This document shows, piece after piece, positions 38,569 through 48,213 of a stretch of 64,000 nt of DNA. Made by a program: the position numbers and the translations under genes. The stretch is from Candidatus Pelagibacter sp. (GTDB taxonomy: Bacteria > Pseudomonadota > Alphaproteobacteria > Pelagibacterales > Pelagibacteraceae): positions 50,019 through 114,018 of the forward strand of contig JBJLDU010000009.1 in the NCBI GenBank assembly GCA_045566995.1. Reading direction: 5' to 3'. The notes beneath the pieces are model-generated. The model was not told where the DNA came from, ran no database searches, and saw only the letters and a list, made by a program, of their open reading frames with translations. Numbering within the stretch: position 1 is the first letter of the stretch; each line of letters begins with the position of its first letter.

Positions 38569-38667
38569 GCTAAATTATTACAAAATTGTTAAAATCCCCT
38601 GTTGACTCTCTTTTCCTATGTTGCTGTACTTCGTTTTTTATAAAAAAAACGTTTAAACGGAGGATAA

Positions 38668-39786
38668 ATGAAAAAATTAAGTAAATTATTACTTGCCGTA
38701 ACTTTTGCTATCTCAGTATCTTCATCAGCATTTGCAGTAGTTGTTGCATCATGGGGTGGAGCTTACACAGAAAGTCAAAAGCTAGGATATGGTGATCCAA
38801 CTGCAAAAGCATTGGGTATACCAATCGAATGGGTAGATTATTCTGGTGGATTATCAGAAATCAAAGCCCAAAAAGAAGCAGGAGCGATTACATGGGATAT
38901 TATAGATGTATTTGCTTATGATACTATTAATGGTTGTGACGAAGGTATATTTGTTGAATTTGATTTTGATAAAGACTTTCCACCAGCTCCAGATGGTACA
39001 CCTGCAAGTGAAGACTTCTTTACAGATATGCCAAGTAAATGTGCTGTAGGAAATATTTTATATTCTTGGAACTATGCTTACAACAGTGACTTATTAAAAA
39101 GCACACCAAGTACTATTAAAGATTTCTTTAACACAAAAAGATTTCCAGGAAAAAGAGCTATTTACAAAAGTGCTCTTACAAACCTAGAAATTGCTTTAGC
39201 AGCTGATGGTGTAAAAATGGGTAAAGGTGGAGAATTTATTTACAAAAAATTAGAGGATCCAGCTTACGTAACTAGAGCTATGGACAAAATCAAAAAGCTT
39301 TGTGAAGATCCAAATGGTGGATGTGTATTTTGGTCAGCAGGAGCTCAACCACCAGAATTGTTAATGAGTGGTGAAGTTGTAATGGCAACTGGTTGGAATG
39401 GTAGATTTTTCAATGCTGCAACTGGAGAAGGTGCTCCAATAGTTCAAGTTTGGGACGGACAAGGTCTTGACTATGAATATTTTGCATTAGTTAAAGGTGG
39501 ACCAAACGAAGCAGATGCTAAAAAAGCTTTAGCAATGATGACAAATACTGAAATGTTAGCAGGAAGTGCAAAATATATTGCATATGCTCCATGGAGAAAA
39601 TCATCAATTGCAGTTATGGAAGCAGGAGAGCCTTGGTACAAAGATGGAAAAACGAACATGGTTCCACATATGCCAACAGCACCAGCTAACCTTAAAAAAT
39701 ACTTCTTAGTAAACGCTGAGTACTGGGCTGATAATGGTACAGAGCTTGGTGAACAGTGGGAAGCTATGAAAGCTAGTATTAAATAA
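38668..39786 (+). CDS. potD: PotD-family ABC substrate-binding protein (likely broad osmolyte-binding)
   Basis: Signal peptide, SWGGAYTESQ, WDIID, GWNGR; strong RBS GGAGGA. Confidence 0.85.
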   Translation: MKKLSKLLLAVTFAISVSSSAFAVVVASWGGAYTESQKLGYGDPTAKALGIPIEWVDYSGGLSEIKAQKEAGAITWDIIDVFAYDTINGCDEGIFVEFDFDKDFPPAPDGTPASEDFFTDMPSKCAVGNILYSWNYAYNSDLLKSTPSTIKDFFNTKRFPGKRAIYKSALTNLEIALAADGVKMGKGGEFIYKKLEDPAYVTRAMDKIKKLCEDPNGGCVFWSAGAQPPELLMSGEVVMATGWNGRFFNAATGEGAPIVQVWDGQGLDYEYFALVKGGPNEADAKKALAMMTNTEMLAGSAKYIAYAPWRKSSIAVMEAGEPWYKDGKTNMVPHMPTAPANLKKYFLVNAEYWADNGTELGEQWEAMKASIK

Positions 39787-39821
39787 TTAGAGTTTTAAAC
39801 ACTTTAATTTTATATTATATT

Positions 39822-39851
39822 AAGGGCGGTTACTACAACCGCCCTTTTTTT
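39822..39851 (+). terminator. Intrinsic terminator/attenuator hairpin between potD and potB
   Basis: AAGGGCGGTT-ACTAC-AACCGCCCTT plus a T-run directly before the potB ATG. Confidence 0.8.
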
Positions 39852-41105
39852 ATGAGCTCAGAAACACAAAAAATACTATCTACTGATGGAATTCCTTTAG
39901 AGGAAAGCCTTAAGCAAGCAGAAAAAAAAAATAAAATAAAAGCTTTTCTTTTAGTAACACCATTACTCTTATTTCTAATTATTACTTACATCATTCCTAT
40001 CGCAGACATGTTCTCTAGAAGTATAGATGACAAAATGGTTACCAATATGCTGCCCAAAACATATAAAGCCATGGAGCAGTGGGATGGAAAAGAACTTCCA
40101 TCCGAAGAAGTGTTTAAAGCTTTTTATTTAGATTACAAAATTTTAGTAGAGAATAAGACAGCAGGAAAGTTACAAACCCAACTAAATTATGAAAAAAATG
40201 GCTTTAAGAGTGTTCTTAAAAAACTTGCAAGAAAACAGAAGAAGTTTGAGGAAGGAAACTATAAAGAGCAAATCATGAAAGTGCATAAAAGGTGGAGAAA
40301 TGTAGATTATTGGAGAGCAATTAAAAGAAGAGCTCCATCTTATACATATTCAAAGTATTTAAAGGGCGTAGATATGTACTCAAATGAAGAGGGTAAAATA
40401 GTACAAGTTGCTGAGAATAGAAGAATTCATAGAATTTTATGGTCACGAACGTTAGAGGTAGCTTTTTTTGTAACTTTTTTTTGTTTTTTAATGGCTTATC
40501 CAATTGCACATTTATTAGCAACTCTTCCAATGAAGTATAGTAACTTGCTCATGATTTGTGTGCTGCTTCCATTTTGGACCTCATTACTTGTAAGAACTGC
40601 TAGTTGGATGATTTTATTGCAGCAGCAAGGATTGGTTAATGATTTTTTTGTTTGGATTGGTTTAGTGACAAACGATAATAGGCCAGAGATGATGTACAAT
40701 AAAACTGGGACTTATGTTGCAATGACACAAATACTTTTACCATTTATGGTGCTACCTTTATATAGTGTCATGAAAACAATCTCTCCAAGTTTAATGAGAG
40801 CTGGAAAATCTTTAGGCGCAACTCCTGGAGTGGCTTTTTTTAAAATATATTTCCCACTTACAATACCTGGAATTGGAGCGGGCTGTTTATTAGTATTTAT
40901 ACTTGCAATTGGTTATTACATAACTCCAGCCTTAGTAGGGGGAGCTTCTGGAACGCTCATAAGCAATCAGATAGCCTATCACATGAAGAGTACTTTAGAT
41001 TGGAGTTTTGCTTCGGCAATGGGATTAATGTTGTTGACTGGAGTGTTAGTTATTTATTGGATTTATAACAAACTTGTAGGAGTTGATAATATCAAACTAG
41101 GATAA
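39852..41105 (+). CDS. potB: PotB-type ABC permease
   Basis: LLPFWTSLLVR, LPFMVLPLY, EAA-like RAGKSLGA, ITPALVGG. Confidence 0.88.
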   Translation: MSSETQKILSTDGIPLEESLKQAEKKNKIKAFLLVTPLLLFLIITYIIPIADMFSRSIDDKMVTNMLPKTYKAMEQWDGKELPSEEVFKAFYLDYKILVENKTAGKLQTQLNYEKNGFKSVLKKLARKQKKFEEGNYKEQIMKVHKRWRNVDYWRAIKRRAPSYTYSKYLKGVDMYSNEEGKIVQVAENRRIHRILWSRTLEVAFFVTFFCFLMAYPIAHLLATLPMKYSNLLMICVLLPFWTSLLVRTASWMILLQQQGLVNDFFVWIGLVTNDNRPEMMYNKTGTYVAMTQILLPFMVLPLYSVMKTISPSLMRAGKSLGATPGVAFFKIYFPLTIPGIGAGCLLVFILAIGYYITPALVGGASGTLISNQIAYHMKSTLDWSFASAMGLMLLTGVLVIYWIYNKLVGVDNIKLG

Positions 41106-41107
41106 TT

Positions 41108-41962
41108 ATGGCTTTACCAAAATATACTGAACCCCATTATAGAATCTGGCATTATTTTTATCTTTTTGTATGTGGATGTGTATTTTTCTTTTTAATTGCA
41201 CCATTGTTTGTAATTTTTCCATTATCATTTAATGCAGAAGAATTTTTAGTTTTTACAGATGGAATGAAGAGACTTGATCCAGATGCATTTTCTACAAGAT
41301 GGTACAAAGATATGGTCTATGGAACAAAAAACCCTTGGGGCTTAGCTGCAAAAAATAGTTTTATAATTGCAATATTTGCAACCATTGGTTCAATTATACT
41401 TGGTACATTAGCTGCCTTAGGTTTGAGCAGCAGACATATGCCTTATAAAGGTTTGATAATGGCGATTTTAATTTCTCCCATGATAGTTCCCTTAATTATT
41501 TCAGGTGTTGCAATTTTCTTTTTTATGGCAAAAGCAGGTTTAGCCGCAACACACTTAGGTATAATTTTAGCCCATATTATTTTAGGAACTCCATTTGTGG
41601 TAATCACAGTTACTGCAACACTATCAGGGTTTGATCATAGCATAACTAGAGCTGCATCTAGCTTGGGCAGCAATCCTTTCAATACTTTTATGAAAATCAC
41701 TTTACCATTAATTCTACCTGGTGTTATTTCTGGTGGTTTGTTTGCATTTGTAACATCTTTCGACGAAGTGGTGGTTGTATTATTCTTAGCTGGTTTAGAT
41801 AATACTACAATACCAGTCCAAATGTGGACTGGTCTTAGAGAACAACTCAGTCCTACAATTTTAGCTGTAGCAACATGTTTAATTATTTTATCAATATTAA
41901 TTTTACTTACAGCTGAGCTTTTAAGAAGAAGATCTGAGAGACTAAGAGGAATAAATAGATAG
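41108..41962 (+). CDS. potC: PotC-type ABC permease
   Basis: SPMIVP, RAASSLG, SFDEVVV. Confidence 0.88.
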   Translation: MALPKYTEPHYRIWHYFYLFVCGCVFFFLIAPLFVIFPLSFNAEEFLVFTDGMKRLDPDAFSTRWYKDMVYGTKNPWGLAAKNSFIIAIFATIGSIILGTLAALGLSSRHMPYKGLIMAILISPMIVPLIISGVAIFFFMAKAGLAATHLGIILAHIILGTPFVVITVTATLSGFDHSITRAASSLGSNPFNTFMKITLPLILPGVISGGLFAFVTSFDEVVVVLFLAGLDNTTIPVQMWTGLREQLSPTILAVATCLIILSILILLTAELLRRRSERLRGINR

Positions 41963-43087
41963 TTAGTTAACAGACTCGATTACAGTAGCAATTCCCATTC
42001 CTAAACCAATACACTGAGTTGAAAGTGCATACTTTTTATTTTCTCTCTGAAGTAATTCAGCCGCTTTACCTGTAATTCTTGCACCTGTTGCTCCAAGAGG
42101 GTGACCAAGAGCAAGTGCTCCACCATCTAGATTAACTTTATCTTTGTCTATACCTAAATCTTTAATGCATGCTAAAGATTGTGAAGCGAAAGCCTCATTT
42201 AATTCAACAATATCAATTTTATCTGCTGACAAATTAGCTCTTTCTAAAGCTTTCCTTGATGCTCCAATTGGACCTAATCCCATATAGTCAGGGTCACAAC
42301 CTTGTACTGCCGTAGACACAATTCTTCCCAAGATATTTAAATTATTTTCCTTTGCATAACTTTCTTCACAAATTAATGTTGCAGCTGCACCATCGGTTAA
42401 AGGTGAAGAAGTTGCTGCTGTAACAGTGCCATTTTCATCAAATGCAAGTTTTAACCCATCTAATTTTTCCATTGTGCTACCAGGTCTAATATTTCCATCA
42501 GTATCACAATCTCCAATAGATACTATTTCATTTTTAAAATTTCCTTTTGTTTGAGCTTCATGCGCTTTTTGATGACTTGAGATTGCAAATTCCTGTTGTT
42601 CACTTCTTGAGATATTATATTTTTTAGCAACATTTTCAGCAGTAGTTCCCATTGAAAAGTATACATGAGGATTATCATTTTTATTTTCAGGATAAGGTAT
42701 TGGATCAAACCCTGTATTTACTCTGGTCATACTTTCAACACCTCCACAAATAAATACTTTTCCTGCACCTAATGAAATTTTACCTGCAGCTATATGAATA
42801 GCCTCCATTGAAGAACCGCACCATCTGTCAACTGTCATACCTGACGTTTTGACATCCATATTAGTTAAAAATGTTGTTAACTTTCCAATATTAAATGACT
42901 GCTCTCCAGTTTGGAATGCGCAACCTACAACAATATCCTCAATATCTTCTTTTTTTATATTAGATTTAGAGACTAAATTTTTAATTACTTCGGCCAATAG
43001 ATTTACTGGCTTTGTATCAATGAGTGCACCTTTTCTTGCCATCGTAAAAGGTGATCTTGAGAAGCCGGCAATAACAGGTTTAAACAT
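41963..43087 (-). CDS. Acetyl-CoA C-acyltransferase (thiolase)
   Basis: RWCGSS, NEAFASQ, GHPLGATG, CIGLGMG. Confidence 0.93.
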   Translation of the reverse strand: MFKPVIAGFSRSPFTMARKGALIDTKPVNLLAEVIKNLVSKSNIKKEDIEDIVVGCAFQTGEQSFNIGKLTTFLTNMDVKTSGMTVDRWCGSSMEAIHIAAGKISLGAGKVFICGGVESMTRVNTGFDPIPYPENKNDNPHVYFSMGTTAENVAKKYNISRSEQQEFAISSHQKAHEAQTKGNFKNEIVSIGDCDTDGNIRPGSTMEKLDGLKLAFDENGTVTAATSSPLTDGAAATLICEESYAKENNLNILGRIVSTAVQGCDPDYMGLGPIGASRKALERANLSADKIDIVELNEAFASQSLACIKDLGIDKDKVNLDGGALALGHPLGATGARITGKAAELLQRENKKYALSTQCIGLGMGIATVIESVN

Positions 43088-43103
43088 AATGATAAATATA
43101 AGG

Positions 43104-44270
43104 TTAATCTGGAAATGGTAAAGAAGTTATAATGCCTTTTCTGTTTTTTCCATTGAAAGTATTTACAAAAACTTCGTTTCCAATTTCCCAGTAATCTTTC
43201 AAAATCATAGAAAGACCTATATTCTTTTTAAATCTTGGAGAATAAATTCCAGAAGCAATTTGGCCAATTTTTGTATTATCTTTTGAATATACTGGAAGGG
43301 GCACCCCCGTTGGCTTACATGGGTCTCCATCAAACAATATTCCTCTCATTTTTTGAGCTATTCCATCAGATTGGATCTTTCTTAAAGCTTCTTTACCTAT
43401 AAAATCATGATCATCTTCCTGTTTGCAATATTTTTCAAGATTACACTCCAATGGATTATTTTCTCTTGTAAAATCATTTCCATAGGACATTAAACCAGCC
43501 TCAATTCTATCAATTAAATTTGGACATCCTGGAGAAATATTAAATTTTTGTCCATTCTCCCACACAGTATCCCAAAGTTTTTCTCCAAGCTCTATTTCAT
43601 TAAAGTGGGTTTCAAATCCTTTAAAATATATTTCAAAACCATCTTGTTTACTATATCCTGATCTAGCAATAATTTGTTTAGTTCCTAAAAAATCAAATAC
43701 TTTAAAATTAAAAAATTTTAACTTCTTTATATCTTCACCAAAAATTGAAATTAAAAGATCTTCAGATTTAGGACCTTGAATAGCTAGTGGATAAACATCT
43801 GGTTCAATAATTTCTACATTTAATTTTGATCCTAATGCAATACCTTTTGCCCAAAGCAAAATATCTGAGTCTGCAATCGAAATCCAAAACATATCATCAT
43901 CTAGCTTTAATAAAACTGGATCATTAATCATACCGGCTGTTTCATCAATTATTGGAATATAAAAACATTTACCGGTTTCCATTTTTTTTATGGATCGGGG
44001 TGTCATTTTTTGTACAAGTTTTTCAGCATCTGGACCTGTAATTTGTACTTGTCTTTGACAAGACACATCCCAAACTTGAACCTTTTCTCTTAAATGCCAG
44101 TAATCTTCTTCAACGGTATTTTTAAAACCTTTTGGCAGTAGCATATGATTAACTACAGTAAAATCTGACACACCACATTCCTCTACTTTATTTGTAAATG
44201 GAGTTCGTCTGATACGTCTAGACATATTTAATTTTATATTTTTTTGAGGAATTAAATTTTCTTTACTCAT
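43104..44270 (-). CDS. dmdA: Dimethylsulfoniopropionate demethylase DmdA (divergent clade)
   Basis: SRRIRRTP, NHMLLP, WDVS.QRQV, NDPV, WISIADSD, ARSGYSKQ.GFE, GCPNLIDRIE; matches DmdA motifs. Confidence 0.82.
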   Translation of the reverse strand: MSKENLIPQKNIKLNMSRRIRRTPFTNKVEECGVSDFTVVNHMLLPKGFKNTVEEDYWHLREKVQVWDVSCQRQVQITGPDAEKLVQKMTPRSIKKMETGKCFYIPIIDETAGMINDPVLLKLDDDMFWISIADSDILLWAKGIALGSKLNVEIIEPDVYPLAIQGPKSEDLLISIFGEDIKKLKFFNFKVFDFLGTKQIIARSGYSKQDGFEIYFKGFETHFNEIELGEKLWDTVWENGQKFNISPGCPNLIDRIEAGLMSYGNDFTRENNPLECNLEKYCKQEDDHDFIGKEALRKIQSDGIAQKMRGILFDGDPCKPTGVPLPVYSKDNTKIGQIASGIYSPRFKKNIGLSMILKDYWEIGNEVFVNTFNGKNRKGIITSLPFPD

Positions 44271-44271
44271 T

Positions 44272-44607
44272 TTATTTAGACCACCAAACTGTATAGCTAT
44301 TTTTAGAAATTATAATTGGGATATGATATTTTTTATTTTGATCTTCCATTTTAAATTTAATGTTAATTTCTGAAACTATTTTTTTTTCTGAAAAATAATT
44401 GCCAGTTTTACAAACCATTTCATAATCACACTTGCAGTCGTCTTTACTTAATTCAAATTCTTGAAGTATTCGACCACCTTCATCAGATTTAGTTTCAAAA
44501 AAAACTTTTTTTTCTCCACTTTCATAAACTTGATAAATAATTACATCAACATTTGCAGCGTGCGAGCCATTTGTTGCATCTAATAAATGAGAAGAGAAAG
44601 TTGCCAC
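44272..44607 (-). CDS. Transthyretin-like protein (HIU hydrolase family), atypical C-terminus
   Basis: SSHLLD, GGRI, YHIP; ends WWSK instead of the canonical YRGS. Confidence 0.78.
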   Translation of the reverse strand: MATFSSHLLDATNGSHAANVDVIIYQVYESGEKKVFFETKSDEGGRILQEFELSKDDCKCDYEMVCKTGNYFSEKKIVSEINIKFKMEDQNKKYHIPIIISKNSYTVWWSK

Positions 44608-44609
44608 AA

Positions 44610-46352
44610 TTATTCTATTGATGATTTCTCTCTTTTACTTGCAACTGCAGAGACTATTGGGCTTAATACAGGTTTTGCTTTAACATTTACGCATGCTGGT
44701 TTTCCACTTTCTAAAGCTCTTTTAAGTGCTGGGCCTAATTCTTCTCTTTTATTAACTAATTCTCCATGTCCTCCAAAACCCTCAAATATCTTATGAAATG
44801 GTATATCACGAAAATCAGTTCCTACACTTTTTCCACTTTTAAATAATCTTTCTTGTTGTTGGCCAATTGAAGCAAGACCCCCGTTATTATCAATTACAAC
44901 AGTAATAGGTTTTTTTTCGTAAAATACACTTTCAATAGACATACCTCCTGATAAAAACGCACCATCTCCACTAATCAGAACTACATTTGAGTCTGGACTG
45001 TGGTTTTTAGCAGATAAAGCGAATGAAACTCCAACACCTAACATGCTAAAAGTTCCAGGATGCAATATTCCTTTTAATTTTTTTCCTTTAGCACCCGCAA
45101 TGTTAATTGCAATCTCTGACCAAAAATGAGTGTTTCCTCCATCGATAACAAGCCAATCATTTTCACCCATTGCATCTTGAACATCCAATGAAAGTTGTAA
45201 AGGGTGAATTTTTCCTCCATTTTTTTTAGATGCCTCAGCTTCAATTTCTAAATCTTTTAATGATTTATCAACCCATTCTTTCTTCTTTTTTTTATTCTCT
45301 TCAAACCACTTTTTATCCAAAGACCATTTATTATTTTTTTTTAAGTTGGACAATGTATCTAAAAAAACACCAGGGTCACTTAGTAAACTAAAATCTGCAG
45401 CTCTATTAAGTTCTAATTCTTCATGTGAACCGTTCACACAAACTAATTTTGTTGTTTCTGGTATAAAAGGTGGATTTCCAAAATTCAATTGATTATCTAA
45501 TCGTGCTCCAACCACAAGAACTAGATCTGAATTATGTAATGCAAATTCTGAAGGAGGGTATTGATGTATATCAGCCAAACCCATATAAGCGTTAGCTTCT
45601 TCTCCTAATAATTTTTGATGATAAGGAACATTAAAAATTGGAATATTTAAATTATTACCAGCTGCCTCAAGATTTTTTTCTGAATGTGACCACCAAACAC
45701 CGTGTCCACCAATAATAAGTGGTTTTTTTGAATTACAAGCAAGCTCTAATATTTCCGAAAGTGAATTTGGATCTGGCCAAGCTTTGGCTAAAGGTTTTGC
45801 TTTTTGGGAATATGGTCTTTCTTCTAATCCAACTTCCTCAGCAAAAGATGAAAACATTATATCAACTGGAAGACTAAGATGTACGGCTCCAGGATACCCA
45901 TTAGTTGCAATATGATATGCTTTATCCACAAATTCTCTTATTCTAGTTCCATCAGTAATACTCGCGCTATATTTAGTTAAAGGGGCTGCAATTGAAACAT
46001 CATCAATTTCTTTAAAACCACCTGAGCCTTGCCTTTTAAGACTGCTAGATCCGGTAATATAAATAATTGGACTTCTCTCCCCCCAAGCCTCCATCATTGA
46101 AGGGACAGCATTTGTAAATCCTTCGGGTCCAACTAAACATACTGATGGTTTACGAGTAATTCTTGTATTACCATCCGCTAAGTGACCTGCAATTTGTTCA
46201 TGAGGAGTATTAATAACTTCAATTTGGCATTCAGCAAAACCTTCAATTGCTGGGTTACAAAAACCTCCTGAAAGCGTAAAAACTTTGCTAATTCCTTTAT
46301 CTTTTAGAGCTCTCGCAAGTACTGCTCCACCTCTAATTTTATTTTCACTCAT
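44610..46352 (-). CDS. ThDP-dependent lyase/decarboxylase (HACL/benzaldehyde-lyase/ALS-like superfamily)
   Basis: HEQ catalytic Glu, GFTNAV, GDGAF...DNN ThDP motif. Confidence 0.8.
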   Translation of the reverse strand: MSENKIRGGAVLARALKDKGISKVFTLSGGFCNPAIEGFAECQIEVINTPHEQIAGHLADGNTRITRKPSVCLVGPEGFTNAVPSMMEAWGERSPIIYITGSSSLKRQGSGGFKEIDDVSIAAPLTKYSASITDGTRIREFVDKAYHIATNGYPGAVHLSLPVDIMFSSFAEEVGLEERPYSQKAKPLAKAWPDPNSLSEILELACNSKKPLIIGGHGVWWSHSEKNLEAAGNNLNIPIFNVPYHQKLLGEEANAYMGLADIHQYPPSEFALHNSDLVLVVGARLDNQLNFGNPPFIPETTKLVCVNGSHEELELNRAADFSLLSDPGVFLDTLSNLKKNNKWSLDKKWFEENKKKKKEWVDKSLKDLEIEAEASKKNGGKIHPLQLSLDVQDAMGENDWLVIDGGNTHFWSEIAINIAGAKGKKLKGILHPGTFSMLGVGVSFALSAKNHSPDSNVVLISGDGAFLSGGMSIESVFYEKKPITVVIDNNGGLASIGQQQERLFKSGKSVGTDFRDIPFHKIFEGFGGHGELVNKREELGPALKRALESGKPACVNVKAKPVLSPIVSAVASKREKSSIE

Positions 46353-47516
46353 TTAGTAATTTACCTTATTTACAGTACTATCTATTACTATATTAGAAGT
46401 AACATCATTAATATCGTTTAATCCCACTAACCCAAGTGTTGTGCTGGCTTCTTCCTTGATTATTTCCACAATTCTCCTTAATCCTTTTTTACCATCAGCT
46501 CCCATTGCGTACATCACGGGCCTACCAATCATTGCATAATCAGCACCAAATGCAAGCGCTCTTACAATATCACTTCCACTTCTTATTCCACTATCAAAAA
46601 TTAGAGGGAAATCACTTCCCACTGACTTTCTTATTAATGGAAGCATATTTATTGCTGCTGTAGCACTATCTAATTGTCTACCACCATGATTTGAAACTTG
46701 AATTGCATCTGCACCAGCTTCTTTTATTTGTTTTGCATCATCAGGAGACATTACTCCTTTAATTATAAGTTTACCCTTCCATTTATCTCTTACTCTTTTA
46801 AGTGTATCCCAATCTGTAGAGCCTCTACTTTCTTTTCTTTTAAAAATACCATCTCCACTTTTAGATGTAACATAGTTCATTGGTTTAGGAATGCCGCTTA
46901 GCAAAGTCGATAAAGACCAAGTAGGATGAGTTGCAAAATCAAAAAATTGTTTTGGACCAATCTTGAAAGGGTAGGAGAAACCATTTTTATCATCTCTAGT
47001 TCGTCTGGATAGTACTGGGACATCCACAGTTAATATTGCAACTTCGTATCCTGTATTCTTAGCTCTATCTAAAAGTTCCATAACAAAATTTTCATCCTGA
47101 AATATATACAGCTGCATCCATGAGTGACCTTCTGAAAGTTCATACATTTTTTCTAAAGTTGTTGTAGAAGCCATAGAAACACAAGTAGGTATATTGTTTC
47201 TCGCACTTTCAGCTGCTAACATAGAGTCTGCCCCAGGCCATGATAAATTAGTCATTCCCATTGGAGCAAAACCAAATGGAAAATCAAATTCATACCCTAA
47301 TACTTTTTTTTTAAGAGATCTTTTTTCAACATTTCTTAAAACTTTAGGTTCAAGTCTAATTTGATCTAAAGCTCTGCTATTTATTTCTGCTAATTTTTCA
47401 TCTCCTGATGCACCATCAATAAAATCAAAAACTAATTTAGGTAGACGTTTACGTGACAGTTCCCTTGCATCTTTAATGCTAAAAATTTTTTGACTTGGTA
47501 AAATATTATCACTCAT
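46353..47516 (-). CDS. FMN-dependent alpha-hydroxy acid oxidase/dehydrogenase
   Basis: FDFIDGA, WMQLY, LTVD, KGV, SNHGGRQLD, DSGIRSG. Confidence 0.92.
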   Translation of the reverse strand: MSDNILPSQKIFSIKDARELSRKRLPKLVFDFIDGASGDEKLAEINSRALDQIRLEPKVLRNVEKRSLKKKVLGYEFDFPFGFAPMGMTNLSWPGADSMLAAESARNNIPTCVSMASTTTLEKMYELSEGHSWMQLYIFQDENFVMELLDRAKNTGYEVAILTVDVPVLSRRTRDDKNGFSYPFKIGPKQFFDFATHPTWSLSTLLSGIPKPMNYVTSKSGDGIFKRKESRGSTDWDTLKRVRDKWKGKLIIKGVMSPDDAKQIKEAGADAIQVSNHGGRQLDSATAAINMLPLIRKSVGSDFPLIFDSGIRSGSDIVRALAFGADYAMIGRPVMYAMGADGKKGLRRIVEIIKEEASTTLGLVGLNDINDVTSNIVIDSTVNKVNY

Positions 47517-48201
47517 TATTAATTTTAATATATTCTTTTAAATTAAGTTGTTTATTTTGATCAACAAAATAAGCATTATGACTTTCTCTGGAAGAATAAA
47601 CCTCAGTTGGTTTTCCGTCAATAAAAAGTACTGCAACTCCATCATCTACAGCTACACCATTTGGTAAATTTTTATTTTTTATATTTTCTCTGTATTTATC
47701 CGCTCTTTTTGCATCTGAATAATGTGGGGTAAAACTTCCAGATATAAGCCCTATGCCACGTAATGGTTTGAAGCCAGGGCCATCTGAGTCTGTCAGAAAA
47801 TAATCAAACCAACATGCTGCACCAGCGCTAACACCAGATAGAATTATACCTGCATTATAAATTTCATTGAAAAGCTCAATCAAATTATTTTTTTTCCATA
47901 ATTCGAGCATGAATTTTGTATTTCCCCCACCAATATAAACAGCATCTAAGTTTGAAAGCCATCTTTCAAAACCCTTAATGCTAGATACAAGATCAAAATG
48001 GGAAACTTTTAGGCTAGTATTTTCAAATCTTTTATAAAATAGTTTAGTTTTTTTTGCGTCGTCATTACTAGCGGTTGGTAAAAATCCAATAGAGCAATTT
48101 TCTTTGCTCAATTTATCAACAAAAAATTGATCTAAGTCTCTATCTTCATTATGAGTAAAACCCCCACCTCCAACTGTTATTATTTGTTTTTTACCCTTCA
48201 C
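47509..48201 (-). CDS. Peptidase E (S51) / class I glutamine amidotransferase-like protein
   Basis: FLPTAS, IGGGNT, GVSAGA nucleophile, PHY. Confidence 0.85.
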   Translation of the reverse strand: MKGKKQIITVGGGGFTHNEDRDLDQFFVDKLSKENCSIGFLPTASNDDAKKTKLFYKRFENTSLKVSHFDLVSSIKGFERWLSNLDAVYIGGGNTKFMLELWKKNNLIELFNEIYNAGIILSGVSAGAACWFDYFLTDSDGPGFKPLRGIGLISGSFTPHYSDAKRADKYRENIKNKNLPNGVAVDDGVAVLFIDGKPTEVYSSRESHNAYFVDQNKQLNLKEYIKINNE

Positions 48202-48213
48202 TAACTCAAGTTT

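Noticed and set aside
38632-38652. CGTTTTTT-ATA-AAAAAAACG hairpin upstream of potD
   Set aside because: Almost entirely A/T pairs, expected by chance at this composition; no support for function.
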